DNA of 32,000 nucleotides from Bacillus subtilis subsp. subtilis str. 168 (GCF_000009045.1 NC_000964.3:3360001-3392000); one strand, 5' to 3'; counted from the first letter of the stretch, positions 8,839-19,939 are shown. The notes: generated by a model not told the origin, from the letters alone. Program-made: numbers and translations.

Positions 8839-10014
8839 TTAGCATAATTCAAATACACCGGCCGCTCCCATTCCGCCGCCGATACACATGGTCACGACTC
8901 CAAATTGCTCGTTTCTCCGTTTCATTTCATGGATGAGTGAGAGTGTAAGCTTTGTGCCCGTACAGCCAAGCGGGTGTCCAAGCGCGATTGCGCCCCCGTT
9001 GACATTCACTTTTTCTTCATCAATTCCCAATTCCCTGATTACTTGAATGGCCTGTGAGGCAAAAGCTTCATTCAGTTCAAACAAGCCGATGTCCTGCAGC
9101 TGAAGTCCGGCAAGCTTCAAAGCGCGCGGAATCGCTTCCACCGGTCCGATTCCCATCACTTCCGGCGGCACGCCGCCTACCGCAAAGGAGCGGAATTTCA
9201 CAAGCGGCGCCAGGCCAAGAGCATCGGCTTTTTCCCGGTCCATCAGCATGACAGCCGCCGCTCCGTCACTCGTTTGTGAGGAATTGCCCGCAGTCACCGT
9301 CCCGTCAACGGAAAAGGCCGGGCGCAATGTCGATAAGATGTCTGCAGTCGTTTGCGGGCGAACACCTTCATCCTGAGAAAACACAAACTGTTTTTCCATA
9401 GGCTTATGGTCTTCTCCGATTTCTGTCACCGTCACTTCGACGGGTACAATTTCATCTTTAAATTTTCCTTCTGCAAGGGCTTTAGCGGCGTTTTGATGGC
9501 TGCGAACGGCAAACGCGTCTTGATCCTCACGGGAGACGCCGTATTTTTTCGCGACTTGCTCGGCTGTGTGCCCCATGCTCATATAATATTCCGGTGCCTT
9601 TTCTGCCAAAGCAAGGTTCGGACGGGTAACATGCCCCATCATCGGAACTTGCGACATGGATTCTGCTCCGCCGGCGATCGCTGTATCGTAGGCGCCCAGC
9701 ATAATTTTTTCTGCTGCATACGCAATAGACTGAAGGCCTGAAGAGCAATAGCGGTTAACTGTAATCGCCGGAACCGTGTACGGCAGGCCCGCGAGCGCAC
9801 CGATATTTCTCGCCATATTAAGCCCCTGCTCCGCTTCAGGTGTTGCACAGCCGATAATCAAGTCATCAATATTGCCTTCGTAGCCGCCTGCCCGTTTCAG
9901 CGTTTCTTTTACACAAATCGCTCCCAAATCATCCGGGCGAACGGTGGCCAACGATCCTTTTTTTGCTTTTCCAACCGGTGTTCTTGCACCTGACACAATG
10001 ACTGCCTCTTTCAT
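8839..10014 (-). CDS. fadA: Acetyl-CoA acyltransferase (3-ketoacyl-CoA thiolase)
   Basis: 391 aa thiolase; NRYCSSGLQ, NVNGGAIALGHPLGCTG, CIGGGMG. Confidence 0.95.
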   Translation of the reverse strand: MKEAVIVSGARTPVGKAKKGSLATVRPDDLGAICVKETLKRAGGYEGNIDDLIIGCATPEAEQGLNMARNIGALAGLPYTVPAITVNRYCSSGLQSIAYAAEKIMLGAYDTAIAGGAESMSQVPMMGHVTRPNLALAEKAPEYYMSMGHTAEQVAKKYGVSREDQDAFAVRSHQNAAKALAEGKFKDEIVPVEVTVTEIGEDHKPMEKQFVFSQDEGVRPQTTADILSTLRPAFSVDGTVTAGNSSQTSDGAAAVMLMDREKADALGLAPLVKFRSFAVGGVPPEVMGIGPVEAIPRALKLAGLQLQDIGLFELNEAFASQAIQVIRELGIDEEKVNVNGGAIALGHPLGCTGTKLTLSLIHEMKRRNEQFGVVTMCIGGGMGAAGVFELC

Positions 10015-10024
10015 AAGCTCCCTC

Positions 10025-12394
10025 CTAATTCCGTAAAGGTTTACCTTTCACAAGCATATGCTGCATTCTCGCTTGAGATTTTGCCTCTCCTGACAAACTC
10101 AAAAACGCTTCTCTTTCGATCTCCAATAAATACTCTTCATCAACCTCTGTACCAAACGGCACTTTTCCGCCCGCAATGACATAAGCGAGTTTTTTCGCGA
10201 TCTTAAAATCATGCTCAGATATATAGCCGGACAGCTTCATCTGCTCAGCGCCAAGCAAGAGTGCCGCATAACCGGTTTCTCCCGGCACCTTGACCTTTTC
10301 TTTTACAGGCGGCCGCCAGCCGGTATCGTATAAAGATGCGGCCAGCTGCTTCGCATCGTATAACAGGTGGTCTTGATTCACGCTGATCTGATCCGTTTCT
10401 TTTAAGATGTTCATCTCACGAGCCTCTTGAGCGGAAGCGGACACTTTCGCCATCGCGATTGTTTCAAATGTTTTCATTGCCGCATTCATCGGATCATGGC
10501 CGCGGCGAAGATGGTTGATGTACAGCTCTTTGTTACCTCCTCCGCCAGGGATGAGGCCGACACCGGATTCCACAAGTCCCATATAGGCTTCGCTTGCCGC
10601 TTGAATGCGCGCCGCCGGCAGGCATGCTTCCGTTCCTCCGCCGAGCGTCATGCCAAATGGCGCGGCGACGACCGGTTTCGCACTGTATTTGATCTTCATC
10701 ATCGTCTCCTGAAAACGGCGGATCACAAAATCAACTTCCAAAAAGTTGTCATCTTGGACTTCCATTAAGATCATGGCGAGATTCGCGCCGACGCAGAAAT
10801 TTTTCCCTTGATTGCCGATGACAAGCCCCTTGTAATTCCGTTCTGTTTCCTCTAATCCTTTGTGGATCATTTGAATGATATCGAGGCCGATCGCATTGCT
10901 TTTCGAATGAAATTCAAGAAGGGCCACATCATCTCCAAGGTCAATTAAGCTTGCTCCGCTGTTTTTCGCAATCACGCCTTTTGTTTCTTTAAGTGCTTGT
11001 AAATGAATTCGTTTTTTGTTTTCTTTCACGGCTCTGTATTCGCCGCGGTCATAATAAAATACCGTTCCGTTCTCTTTGATGTAGAAGGTTTCATTTCCTT
11101 TGTCCAGCATCTCTTTTATCCAGCCAGGCATATCTGCTCCAAGCTGCTCAAGCTTTTCCGCTGACTGCTTGAGGCCGATGGCGTCCCACATCTCAAAAGG
11201 TCCCAGTTCCCAGCCGAATCCCCACTTCATGGCTTGGTCAATCGCATGAATATCATCGGCAATCTCGCCAAGCAGCTCGGCTGAGTAAAGCAGGGTTTGA
11301 GAAGTGATATTCCACAGCAAACGGCCGGCCCTGTCATCCGAATAAATAAGCGCTTTCATTTTGGCTTTTGTCCCTTTTGCCTGTTTTGCCGCTTCAAGTG
11401 CCGGTGATTTCATTTTTGTCCGCTCGCCGTAAGTAAGCGTCACTGGGTCAAGCTCATAAATCGTTTTTCCTTCTTTTTTATAAAAGCCTTGGCCGGCCTT
11501 GCTTCCGATCCACCCTTTTTCCAGCATATCGTTCATGAAGCTTGGAATGCGAAACACTTCTTTTTCATCGCCATCAGCTTTGTCATACACATTTCGGGCA
11601 ACGTGGGCGAATGTATCGAGGCCGACCACATCAAGCGTTCTAAAGGTGGCGCTTTTCGGCCTGCCGATCAGCGGTCCTGTGATCGAATCAACCTCCCCGA
11701 CCTGATAACCGCCTTTCAGCATTTCTTGGACTGTCACGAGAAGCCCGTAAGTCCCGATGCGGTTTGCGATAAAGTTCGGTGTGTCCTTTGCTGTAACAAC
11801 GCCTTTCCCGAGGACATTTTCTCCGAAAGCTGTCATAAACTTTAAAATATCAGGATCCGTTTCCTTAATCGGAATGATCTCTAGCAGCTTTAAATATCGT
11901 GCGGGATTAAAAAAATGCGTTCCAAGAAAATGGGCTTTAAAATCATCCGACCGGCCTTCAGCCATTTCCTGCACTGATATGCCGGATGTGTTGCTTGAGA
12001 CGATGCTTCCAGTCTTTCGATGTTCATCCACAAGAGCGAAAATTTTCTTTTTGACTTCAAGGTTTTCGACAACGACCTCAATAATCCAATCTGCTTCTTT
12101 CAGTTTTTCTGCATCATCCTCCAGATTGCCAGGTGTAATATAGGAGGTATTTTTCGCTGATGTGAGGGGAGCGGGCTTTTGTTTCAGCAGTTTTTTCATC
12201 GCCTGCCGGCTCAGCCTGCTGCGCACCTCCGAACTGTCCTTCGTCAGCCCCTTTTTTTCCTCTTCCTTTGTCAAATCGTTCGGCACAATATCTAGCAGCA
12301 GGACAGGAATTCCGATGTTAGCCAAATGCGCCGCTATCCCGGAACCCATTACCCCCGATCCTAAAACGGCTGCCTTCCGAATGTGTTTGTGCAT
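10025..12394 (-). CDS. fadN: 3-hydroxyacyl-CoA dehydrogenase / enoyl-CoA hydratase multifunctional protein
   Basis: 789 aa from MHKHIRKAAVLGSGVMGSGIAAHLANIG; Rossmann fold plus crotonase domain (FGMTLGGGTEACL); SD AAGGGGGATAT before ATG at 12394. The track start at 12499 would run through the operator. Confidence 0.94.
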   Translation of the reverse strand: MHKHIRKAAVLGSGVMGSGIAAHLANIGIPVLLLDIVPNDLTKEEEKKGLTKDSSEVRSRLSRQAMKKLLKQKPAPLTSAKNTSYITPGNLEDDAEKLKEADWIIEVVVENLEVKKKIFALVDEHRKTGSIVSSNTSGISVQEMAEGRSDDFKAHFLGTHFFNPARYLKLLEIIPIKETDPDILKFMTAFGENVLGKGVVTAKDTPNFIANRIGTYGLLVTVQEMLKGGYQVGEVDSITGPLIGRPKSATFRTLDVVGLDTFAHVARNVYDKADGDEKEVFRIPSFMNDMLEKGWIGSKAGQGFYKKEGKTIYELDPVTLTYGERTKMKSPALEAAKQAKGTKAKMKALIYSDDRAGRLLWNITSQTLLYSAELLGEIADDIHAIDQAMKWGFGWELGPFEMWDAIGLKQSAEKLEQLGADMPGWIKEMLDKGNETFYIKENGTVFYYDRGEYRAVKENKKRIHLQALKETKGVIAKNSGASLIDLGDDVALLEFHSKSNAIGLDIIQMIHKGLEETERNYKGLVIGNQGKNFCVGANLAMILMEVQDDNFLEVDFVIRRFQETMMKIKYSAKPVVAAPFGMTLGGGTEACLPAARIQAASEAYMGLVESGVGLIPGGGGNKELYINHLRRGHDPMNAAMKTFETIAMAKVSASAQEAREMNILKETDQISVNQDHLLYDAKQLAASLYDTGWRPPVKEKVKVPGETGYAALLLGAEQMKLSGYISEHDFKIAKKLAYVIAGGKVPFGTEVDEEYLLEIEREAFLSLSGEAKSQARMQHMLVKGKPLRN

Positions 12395-12414
12395 GAGATA
12401 TCCCCCTTGAACAT

Positions 12415-12432
12415 TGAATGAATAGTCATTCA
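12415..12432. promoter_or_regulatory. FadR operator upstream of fadNAE
   Basis: TGAATGA-ATAG-TCATTCA, near-perfect palindrome matching the B. subtilis FadR consensus TGAATGANTANTCATTCA. Confidence 0.9.
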
Positions 12433-12568
12433 TTTTTTGACTAAAAAAAATGAAACCCGTTTCTTCTTTCATCTTAAAAGATTTCCGGTTCGACTTCAAT
12501 AGCTAATTTGTTATTTTTTTGTATGAAGCCTATAAAAGTCGGGCAACTTAAGCCCGGAGGTGAAGGGA

Positions 12569-12715
12569 ATGGTACGAGAGAAAAAAAATCCGTCTTCAGC
12601 GGCAGTCAGCGCGGCGAGCGTAAAGGGAGATGCCGGTCCGACTCAGCATTACGGCGGCGGAAAACGGACAAGTCAAAATCAGCAGTATAAAAAACATAAC
12701 ATGGGACAATCATAA
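12569..12715 (+). CDS. yuzL: Small basic YuzL-like protein (putative spore-associated small protein)
   Basis: 48 aa MVREKKNPSSAAVSAASVKGDAGPTQHYGGGKRTSQNQQYKKHNMGQS with strong SD GGAGGTGAAGGGA; too short for the supplied ORF track and in a different frame from the 12508..12690 ORF. Confidence 0.8.
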   Translation: MVREKKNPSSAAVSAASVKGDAGPTQHYGGGKRTSQNQQYKKHNMGQS

Positions 12716-12739
12716 TGCAGCTGCTTCCCACGGCTGCTT

Positions 12740-13648
12740 TCACTTTTTCAAAATTCCTTTTAACACAAACGCTGCATTGGCAGGCCGTTCGGCAATTCTT
12801 CTCATAAAGTAGCTGAACCAGTCCGTTCCATATGGGACATACACACGCATTCTGTAGCCTTCCTTGGCGAGTTCCTTCTGACGCTCCGGCCTGATGCCGT
12901 ATAGCATTTGAAACTCAAATTGCGATGCGGGGATTTGATGTTCGGCGACGAGCTGTTTCGTAAATGCAATGATGTCATCGTCATGTGTGGCGACAGCCGT
13001 GTAGTTCCCGCTTAACAACTGCAGCTTTATTAAGCTCTGAAAATGAAGGTCCGTGCCTCTTTTGTCGGGAAACGCTACAGCCGCAGATTCTTTATAAGCG
13101 CCTTTTACAAGTCTGAGATTCGGCTTTAAGTCCCGCATCTTTCTGATATCTTCTGCCGCCCGGTACAAATACGCCTGAATGACCGTGCCGAGCTTCTCAA
13201 ATTCCTGTTTGCATTGCCTGTAAATAGAAAGTGTCTGTTCATAATGAGAATAGTCTTCCATATCAATGGTCACAGCAACATCATATTGCTTCGCAACGGA
13301 AAGAATGGCGCGCAAATGAGTAAGAGCAAGTTCTTCTGAAAGATCGAGCCCGATTGAGGTCAGCTTAAGTGAAAGCTCTGAATTCAATTGATGTTCGGCA
13401 ATGGCTTGAATGGCTTTCTTGCATTCCTCTGCGACTTGGTTTGCTTCTTTTTCCGAAGCTGCATACTCGCCTAAATAATCAATTGTTGCACACAAACCGG
13501 ATCTGTTTAGCCTTTTGACGGTCTTAACCGCCGATTCAATCGTATCCCCTGCGACAAACCTTCGTGCTCCAAGCCGCGTTCCGTATGCTTTTGCGAACTT
13601 GGTAAGTGTTTTATTTTGAGATAAGAATAAAAACACATGTCTCAACAT
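12740..13648 (-). CDS. fadM: Proline dehydrogenase family protein
   Basis: 302 aa from MLRHVFLFLSQNKTLTKFAKAYG; PutA-like LRLVKGAYKE, ATHDDDII, FEFQMLYGIRPERQ; SD GGGAGGGAGTCGG-ATG at 13648. Confidence 0.9.
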   Translation of the reverse strand: MLRHVFLFLSQNKTLTKFAKAYGTRLGARRFVAGDTIESAVKTVKRLNRSGLCATIDYLGEYAASEKEANQVAEECKKAIQAIAEHQLNSELSLKLTSIGLDLSEELALTHLRAILSVAKQYDVAVTIDMEDYSHYEQTLSIYRQCKQEFEKLGTVIQAYLYRAAEDIRKMRDLKPNLRLVKGAYKESAAVAFPDKRGTDLHFQSLIKLQLLSGNYTAVATHDDDIIAFTKQLVAEHQIPASQFEFQMLYGIRPERQKELAKEGYRMRVYVPYGTDWFSYFMRRIAERPANAAFVLKGILKK

Positions 13649-13742
13649 CCGACTCCCTCCCGCCGTCATCTTCAAAACACCTGTATATAACTCCCAGTCT
13701 GAAGGAAACTATAAAATGAACAGAAACCAAAGGAGGATCACA

Positions 13743-13988
13743 ATGGATAATCAGCAGCAATCTCAAATGCCGCCTTCCGTTATTTCGACAAAGGATCATT
13801 TGTATCTCAATGACATGCTGAACTGGAATTTGCTCGCGATGAAAAAAGCGCATTTCATGGCGCAGCAGTGCCAGGATCAAACGTTAAAGCAAGAACTCGA
13901 CCGCGTCGGACACATGCATCATGATCACTATCAAAGAATATTAAAGCACCTGCAGCCAGGCCAGCAGCAGTCCGGCTACATCCAATAA
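13743..13988 (+). CDS. Small CotF-like spore coat family protein
   Basis: 81 aa MDNQQQSQMPPSVISTKDHLYLNDMLNWNLLAMKKAHFMAQQC...; SD AAAGGAGGATCACA-ATG. Confidence 0.8.
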   Translation: MDNQQQSQMPPSVISTKDHLYLNDMLNWNLLAMKKAHFMAQQCQDQTLKQELDRVGHMHHDHYQRILKHLQPGQQQSGYIQ

Positions 13989-14000
13989 GGAGGCGCCAGA

Positions 14001-14333
14001 ATGAATCAGCAAAATCAAAAAATCAGCAACCCGCAGACACCTGTACCGACAACATCGGAAATGAATGACAGAGATTTCGTCAACGAATTGCTGACAACCG
14101 AAAAATACATGACAACAGCTTATTGCACTGCCTTGCACGAATTCAGCCACGAGTCTCTTTATCAGGATATTCAATCCATTTTTGATGAGTCACAAAAAGC
14201 GCAAAGAAAACTATATGATCTCATGTTCCAATATGGATGGTATTCTGTTGAAGCGGAGGATTCACAAAAGCTGCAGCAGTCCTATCAAAAATTCCAGCAG
14301 ACCATTCAGCAGCAGTCTCCTTATCAGCAATAA
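14001..14333 (+). CDS. yusN: CotF-like spore coat protein
   Basis: 110 aa; MNDRDFVNELLTTEKYMTTAYCTALHEFSHESLYQDIQSIFDESQKAQRKLYDLMFQYGWY typical coat F family; SD AGGAGG. Confidence 0.88.
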   Translation: MNQQNQKISNPQTPVPTTSEMNDRDFVNELLTTEKYMTTAYCTALHEFSHESLYQDIQSIFDESQKAQRKLYDLMFQYGWYSVEAEDSQKLQQSYQKFQQTIQQQSPYQQ

Positions 14334-14343
14334 CAACATTAGT

Positions 14344-14385
14344 AAAAAGGATACGATGTTCTTTCGGGCATCTATCCTTTTTTTG
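14344..14385 (+). terminator. Intrinsic terminator downstream of yusN
   Basis: AAAAAGGATACGATG-TTCTTTCGGG-CATCTATCCTTTTTTT. Confidence 0.8.
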
Positions 14386-14396
14386 TGTAAAATCAG

Positions 14397-14433
14397 TTGA
14401 CTTTTCATTTACGCTTATTTATATTTAATAAGC
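14397..14433 (+). promoter_or_regulatory. Candidate promoter with overlapping inverted repeat upstream of the MarR gene
   Basis: TTGACT(14397-14402)-17 nt-TATATT(14420-14425); inverted repeat GCTTATT-N7-AATAAGC at 14413..14433 overlaps the -10. Confidence 0.55.
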
Positions 14434-14491
14434 ATTAACTATTTTGTCATTAAAATATATATACAGTGTATGTAACAGAGGGGAAATGAAT

Positions 14492-16581
<2,090 letters not shown>

Positions 16582-16586
16582 TAGAG

Positions 16587-16619
16587 CACCCCGCGGGTAT
16601 CAATCCGCGGGGTTTTTTA
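16587..16619. terminator. Intrinsic terminator between yusP and yusQ
   Basis: CCCCGCGG-GTATCAAT-CCGCGGGG-TTTTTTAT. Confidence 0.9.
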
Positions 16620-17000
16620 TTCAATCATCTGGGCTCTTCCATTTCCGAAAGACCAATCCTCATCCTGATTTCCGGCCAGCATGATAAACACATCTTCTTT
16701 TCTTACACCAAGCTCGGAATGAATCCGGCTCGCGATTGAGCGGTAAAGTGCTTTTTTCTGTTCAGTTGTTCTTGACTGTTTCAGTGTAAAATGAATGTAT
16801 ATCAGTTCATCAGTACGCTCGACTTGGAGATAAAATGGATCATAAAAAAATTCGCTTTTTTCATATTGTCTGATGACTTGGAAATAGTCATCTTCCGGCA
16901 CATTGATTTCTTCAATCATCGATTGGTGGATAGTCCTGCTCAGTTTTTGAAGCCACACTTCGCTTCTTCCCGACCGTAAATGAATCTGTACAAATGGCAT
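16617..17000 (-). CDS. yusQ: Tautomerase superfamily protein
   Basis: 127 aa MPFVQIHLRSGRSEVWLQKLSRTIHQSMIEEINVPEDDYFQVI... with Pro after initiator Met. Confidence 0.83.
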   Translation of the reverse strand: MPFVQIHLRSGRSEVWLQKLSRTIHQSMIEEINVPEDDYFQVIRQYEKSEFFYDPFYLQVERTDELIYIHFTLKQSRTTEQKKALYRSIASRIHSELGVRKEDVFIMLAGNQDEDWSFGNGRAQMIE

Positions 17001-17018
17001 CTCCCCGCATCCCTTTCT

Positions 17019-17408
17019 TTACAGCGTCTGTCCGCTGTCAATTGTGATAATTTGGCCTGTGAGTGATTCCTGTTCAATTAGTGAACAAATCAATTTGGCA
17101 ACATCATCTGGTTCAGCAATACACTGCAGCAGCAAAGAGCCGATCATGCTTTTCATTTTTTCTTCCCGTCCGGCCCACCATCTCGTTGCCACAGCTCCTG
17201 GTGCTACACCGCTCACTCTGATTTCAGGCGCTAAGGCGTGGGCCAATGATTTCGTTAAACCGTGCACCGCTGATTTTGATACTGCGTAAGGCATTGATGA
17301 GCCGGCACCAGTTATCCCTGCGATGCTGCCGACGTTTACGATCGCCCCGTCCTTGCTTTTCTTCATGAACGGAACCACTGCCCGCGCGCAGAAAAACATC
17401 CCTTTCAC
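17019..17408 (-). CDS. yusR: C-terminal part of an SDR oxidoreductase (split gene); carries YxxxK
   Basis: KGMFFCARAVVPFMKKSKDGAIVNVGSIAGITGAGSSMPYAVSKSAVHGLTKSLAHALAPEIRVSGVAPGAVATRWW; same frame as yusS. Confidence 0.8.
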   Translation of the reverse strand: MKGMFFCARAVVPFMKKSKDGAIVNVGSIAGITGAGSSMPYAVSKSAVHGLTKSLAHALAPEIRVSGVAPGAVATRWWAGREEKMKSMIGSLLLQCIAEPDDVAKLICSLIEQESLTGQIITIDSGQTL

Positions 17409-17429
17409 ATTGACGGCATACAGCTCATC

Positions 17430-17804
17430 CTAGACGTCTTCTGTCGCAGCCTCAAGATCATCCATTGGAATATGCCGTGTAATGCTGGCATTGTTGACTA
17501 AAATATCAACCGTGCCGTGTGTGTTCACGATTGCTTGAATCATATCCTGCACGTCGCTGTTTTTGGATACATCTGCTTGGATGGCGAAGGCTTGCCCGCC
17601 AGCTTTTTGAATCATTTCCACTGTTTCCTCCGCTTCTGATTGCGAGCGTGAATAATTCACCGCCACAATCGCCCCACGCTTTGCCAATTCCATACTGGCT
17701 GCTTTTCCGATTCCTGTGCCGCCCCCCGTTACGAGAGCTATTTTGTTCAAGACATTCATTGCCGCCACTCCTTGCTGTTGACTAAAGTATATTTCTGATT
17801 CCAT
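17430..17804 (-). CDS. yusS: N-terminal part of an SDR oxidoreductase (split gene); carries TGGGTGIG
   Basis: NKIALVTGGGTGIGKAASMELAKRGAIVAVNYSRSQSEAEETVEMIQKAGGQAFAIQADVSKNSDVQ...LVNNASITRHIPMDDLEAATEDV*; the likely functional start is the internal MNVLNKIALVTGG. Confidence 0.8.
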   Translation of the reverse strand: MESEIYFSQQQGVAAMNVLNKIALVTGGGTGIGKAASMELAKRGAIVAVNYSRSQSEAEETVEMIQKAGGQAFAIQADVSKNSDVQDMIQAIVNTHGTVDILVNNASITRHIPMDDLEAATEDV

Positions 17805-17852
17805 TGTAATCCAGCTTTGATGTTACGTATAATGATTGTTAAAGATACTAGA

Positions 17853-17869
17853 TATCACTCAGATTGATA
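17853..17869. promoter_or_regulatory. Candidate LysR-type operator
   Basis: TATCA-CTCAGAT-TGATA, located 23 bp before yusT start in the divergent yusS-yusT intergenic region; fits T-N11-A. Confidence 0.55.
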
Positions 17870-17892
17870 GTAAACGAACGGAGGAGTTCAAA

Positions 17893-18780
17893 ATGGAAAG
17901 CGGAGATTTACGTGTGTTTCAAATGGTAGCTCGTGAAGGGACCATTACGAAAGCAGCCCTGCAGCTTGGCTATGTACAATCGAATGTCACGGCCAGAATT
18001 CAACAATTGGAAGCTGAGCTGGGTACCACACTGTTTTTGCGCCATAATCGGGGCATGACACTTTCTGCAAGCGGAAAATTGCTGCTGGACTACGCAAATA
18101 AAATTATAGGCCTTCTTGATGAAGCGTCTAAAGCGCTCTCATCCTCCGCAGAACCAAGCGGGCCGCTTATGATCGGCTGCACTCAGACAACCGCCGCGGT
18201 AAGGCTTCCAAAGCTTCTGGCATCTTATTATGAAGAACATCCAAACGTCCAGCTGTCTTTAACAACAGGACATACGCAATTTCTCCTTGATAAAGTTCTT
18301 CGTTATGAATTGGATGGCGCGTTTATCGGATGCGAATGCCATCATCCTGAGCTCGAATCCTATCCTGCGTTTGAGGAAGAACCAGTAGTTGTTTCGGCTG
18401 CCTCCGTGCCCGATGTTGAGGAAGCCATCACAAAGCCGATTCTCGTTTACAGCACAGGCTGTTCGTATCGAGAAACACTTGAAAAATGGCTGCGTTCCGT
18501 CGGTGTCACACAGCCGGTCATTATGGAATTTGGGACGCTTGAAGCAATTATCGGCGGGGTTACAGCAGGTCTTGGCATCTCGTTGCTGCCAAGAACGGTT
18601 GTGCAGAAACATGAAGCAGAAGGATCAATTCGATTGTACCCGCTGCCTGAAGCTCTCAGCCAGATGAAAACAGAGTTTATTGTTCGAAAAGATTCGTTTA
18701 TCAGCAGCGCGCTGAGAACCTTTATGGATTCCTTTACGCCAGTTAAAACGGCTGAATCACAAAAAAGCAGTCTGCTATAA
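17893..18780 (+). CDS. yusT: LysR family transcriptional regulator
   Basis: 295 aa MESGDLRVFQMVAREGTITKAALQLGYVQSNVTARIQQLEAELGTTLFLRHNRGM; SD GGAGGAG. Confidence 0.92.
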   Translation: MESGDLRVFQMVAREGTITKAALQLGYVQSNVTARIQQLEAELGTTLFLRHNRGMTLSASGKLLLDYANKIIGLLDEASKALSSSAEPSGPLMIGCTQTTAAVRLPKLLASYYEEHPNVQLSLTTGHTQFLLDKVLRYELDGAFIGCECHHPELESYPAFEEEPVVVSAASVPDVEEAITKPILVYSTGCSYRETLEKWLRSVGVTQPVIMEFGTLEAIIGGVTAGLGISLLPRTVVQKHEAEGSIRLYPLPEALSQMKTEFIVRKDSFISSALRTFMDSFTPVKTAESQKSSLL

Positions 18781-18797
18781 TGAACAGACTGCTTTTT
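18762..18797. terminator. Bidirectional intrinsic terminator; yusT stop codon lies in the loop
   Basis: AAAAAGCAGTCTG-CTATAATGAA-CAGACTGCTTTTT. Confidence 0.88.
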
Positions 18798-18799
18798 GG

Positions 18800-19045
18800 C
18801 TATTGTTTGTTTCGATGCGCTTCATTTAATTCCTTAATATGCTGAATGATCTCTTTAATGCCCTGCTTCGCGTCGGGGTATGTCGCATTCCAATGCTTAG
18901 CGAGCGGAGGCATGCTTTTGGCTATATGGGTGTACAAAATCCATTGCTTCACTTCTTCTTTTAGCTCATCGTTTGTTTCACCAAGCAGAAGCTCAGTATA
19001 CTTCTCCAGCAATCCATCAAGCTGCTCCTGAAGTTTTTGTTCCAT
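18800..19045 (-). CDS. yusU: Uncharacterized small protein
   Basis: MEQKLQEQLDGLLEKYTELLLGETNDELKEEVKQWILYTHIAKSMPPLAKHWNATYPDAKQGI; SD AAGGAAGATGG before ATG at 19045; a longer start at 19087 is possible. Confidence 0.65.
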   Translation of the reverse strand: MEQKLQEQLDGLLEKYTELLLGETNDELKEEVKQWILYTHIAKSMPPLAKHWNATYPDAKQGIKEIIQHIKELNEAHRNKQ

Positions 19046-19111
19046 TTTCCATCTTCCTTTCGAAAAAACAGCAAGGAGCTTTCTCAATTGAAAGCTCCTT
19101 CGCTGCGTTAT

Positions 19112-19939
19112 TTATCCATGTGATGTGAAAGCCGCTTCCTGGACAATGCATCTGCCCCTGCCATGAGGAATGCAAAGAGGCGTTCCGAAGAGCGGGTCCT
19201 GTGTAACCTGACAGTTCATAGAAAACACATTTTGCACAAGATCACAAGTGATGACCTCTTCCGGACGGCCTTCTGCATAAATCCGTTTATCTTTTATGGC
19301 CACAAGATGATGCGCATAGCGGCACGCCAAGTTTAAGTCATGGAGAACCATAACAATCGTCCGGTCTTCCTTTTCATTCAGCTCAAACAGCAAATCAAGA
19401 ATTTCAATTTGATGCGTCATGTCTAAATACGTCGTCGGCTCGTCAAGAAGGATGATATCCGTTTCCTGGGCAAGCGTCATCGCGATCCAAGCCCGCTGGC
19501 GCTGTCCGCCTGACAAAGAATCAACGGCACGGTCAGCCATGTCCTCAAGCTTTGTTGCTTTAAGCGCTCTTTCAACTGCTTCCTCATCCTCTTTTGACCA
19601 CTGCTTCAGCCAGTTTTGGTAAGGATATCTTCCTTGCTTCACCAGCTGATGCACCGTCAGCCCCTCTGGAGCCGAAGGACCTTGGGGCAGGATTGCGAGC
19701 TCTTTTGCGACTTCCTTCGTCGGAAGCTTGGCAATCGCTCTTCCTTCCAGCAGCACTGAACCGCCTCTCGGCTTCATCAGGCGCGCTAATGAACGTAAAA
19801 GTGTCGATTTTCCGCAGCCATTGCTGCCAATAAATACGGTAATTTCACCTTTGGGAATTGTTAAATTCAACTCATCAATAATAACGGCATCCCCGTATCC
19901 TAAGCTCAGCGTTTCTGTAGAAATTGCACTCATACCCAT
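19112..19939 (-). CDS. yusV: Iron-siderophore ABC transporter ATP-binding protein (FecE/FepC type)
   Basis: 275 aa from [54 protein letters not shown]; [17 protein letters not shown]; SD AAAGGAGCG at 19939. Confidence 0.92.
   Translation of the reverse strand: MGMSAISTETLSLGYGDAVIIDELNLTIPKGEITVFIGSNGCGKSTLLRSLARLMKPRGGSVLLEGRAIAKLPTKEVAKELAILPQGPSAPEGLTVHQLVKQGRYPYQNWLKQWSKEDEEAVERALKATKLEDMADRAVDSLSGGQRQRAWIAMTLAQETDIILLDEPTTYLDMTHQIEILDLLFELNEKEDRTIVMVLHDLNLACRYAHHLVAIKDKRIYAEGRPEEVITCDLVQNVFSMNCQVTQDPLFGTPLCIPHGRGRCIVQEAAFTSHG

Noticed and set aside
9352-9741. 129-aa plus-strand ORF and neighbouring shadows within fadA
   Set aside because: Antisense to a complete thiolase with all family motifs.
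11757-12143. 128-aa plus-strand ORF and other frames inside fadN
   Set aside because: Antisense to the fadN Rossmann domain; no independent coding evidence.
12508-12690. 60-aa plus-strand ORF MLFFCMKPIKVGQ...
   Set aside because: Different frame from the well-supported 48-aa ORF at 12569..12715; no SD at its own start.
18259-18612. 117-aa minus-strand ORF
   Set aside because: Antisense to the LysR effector domain.
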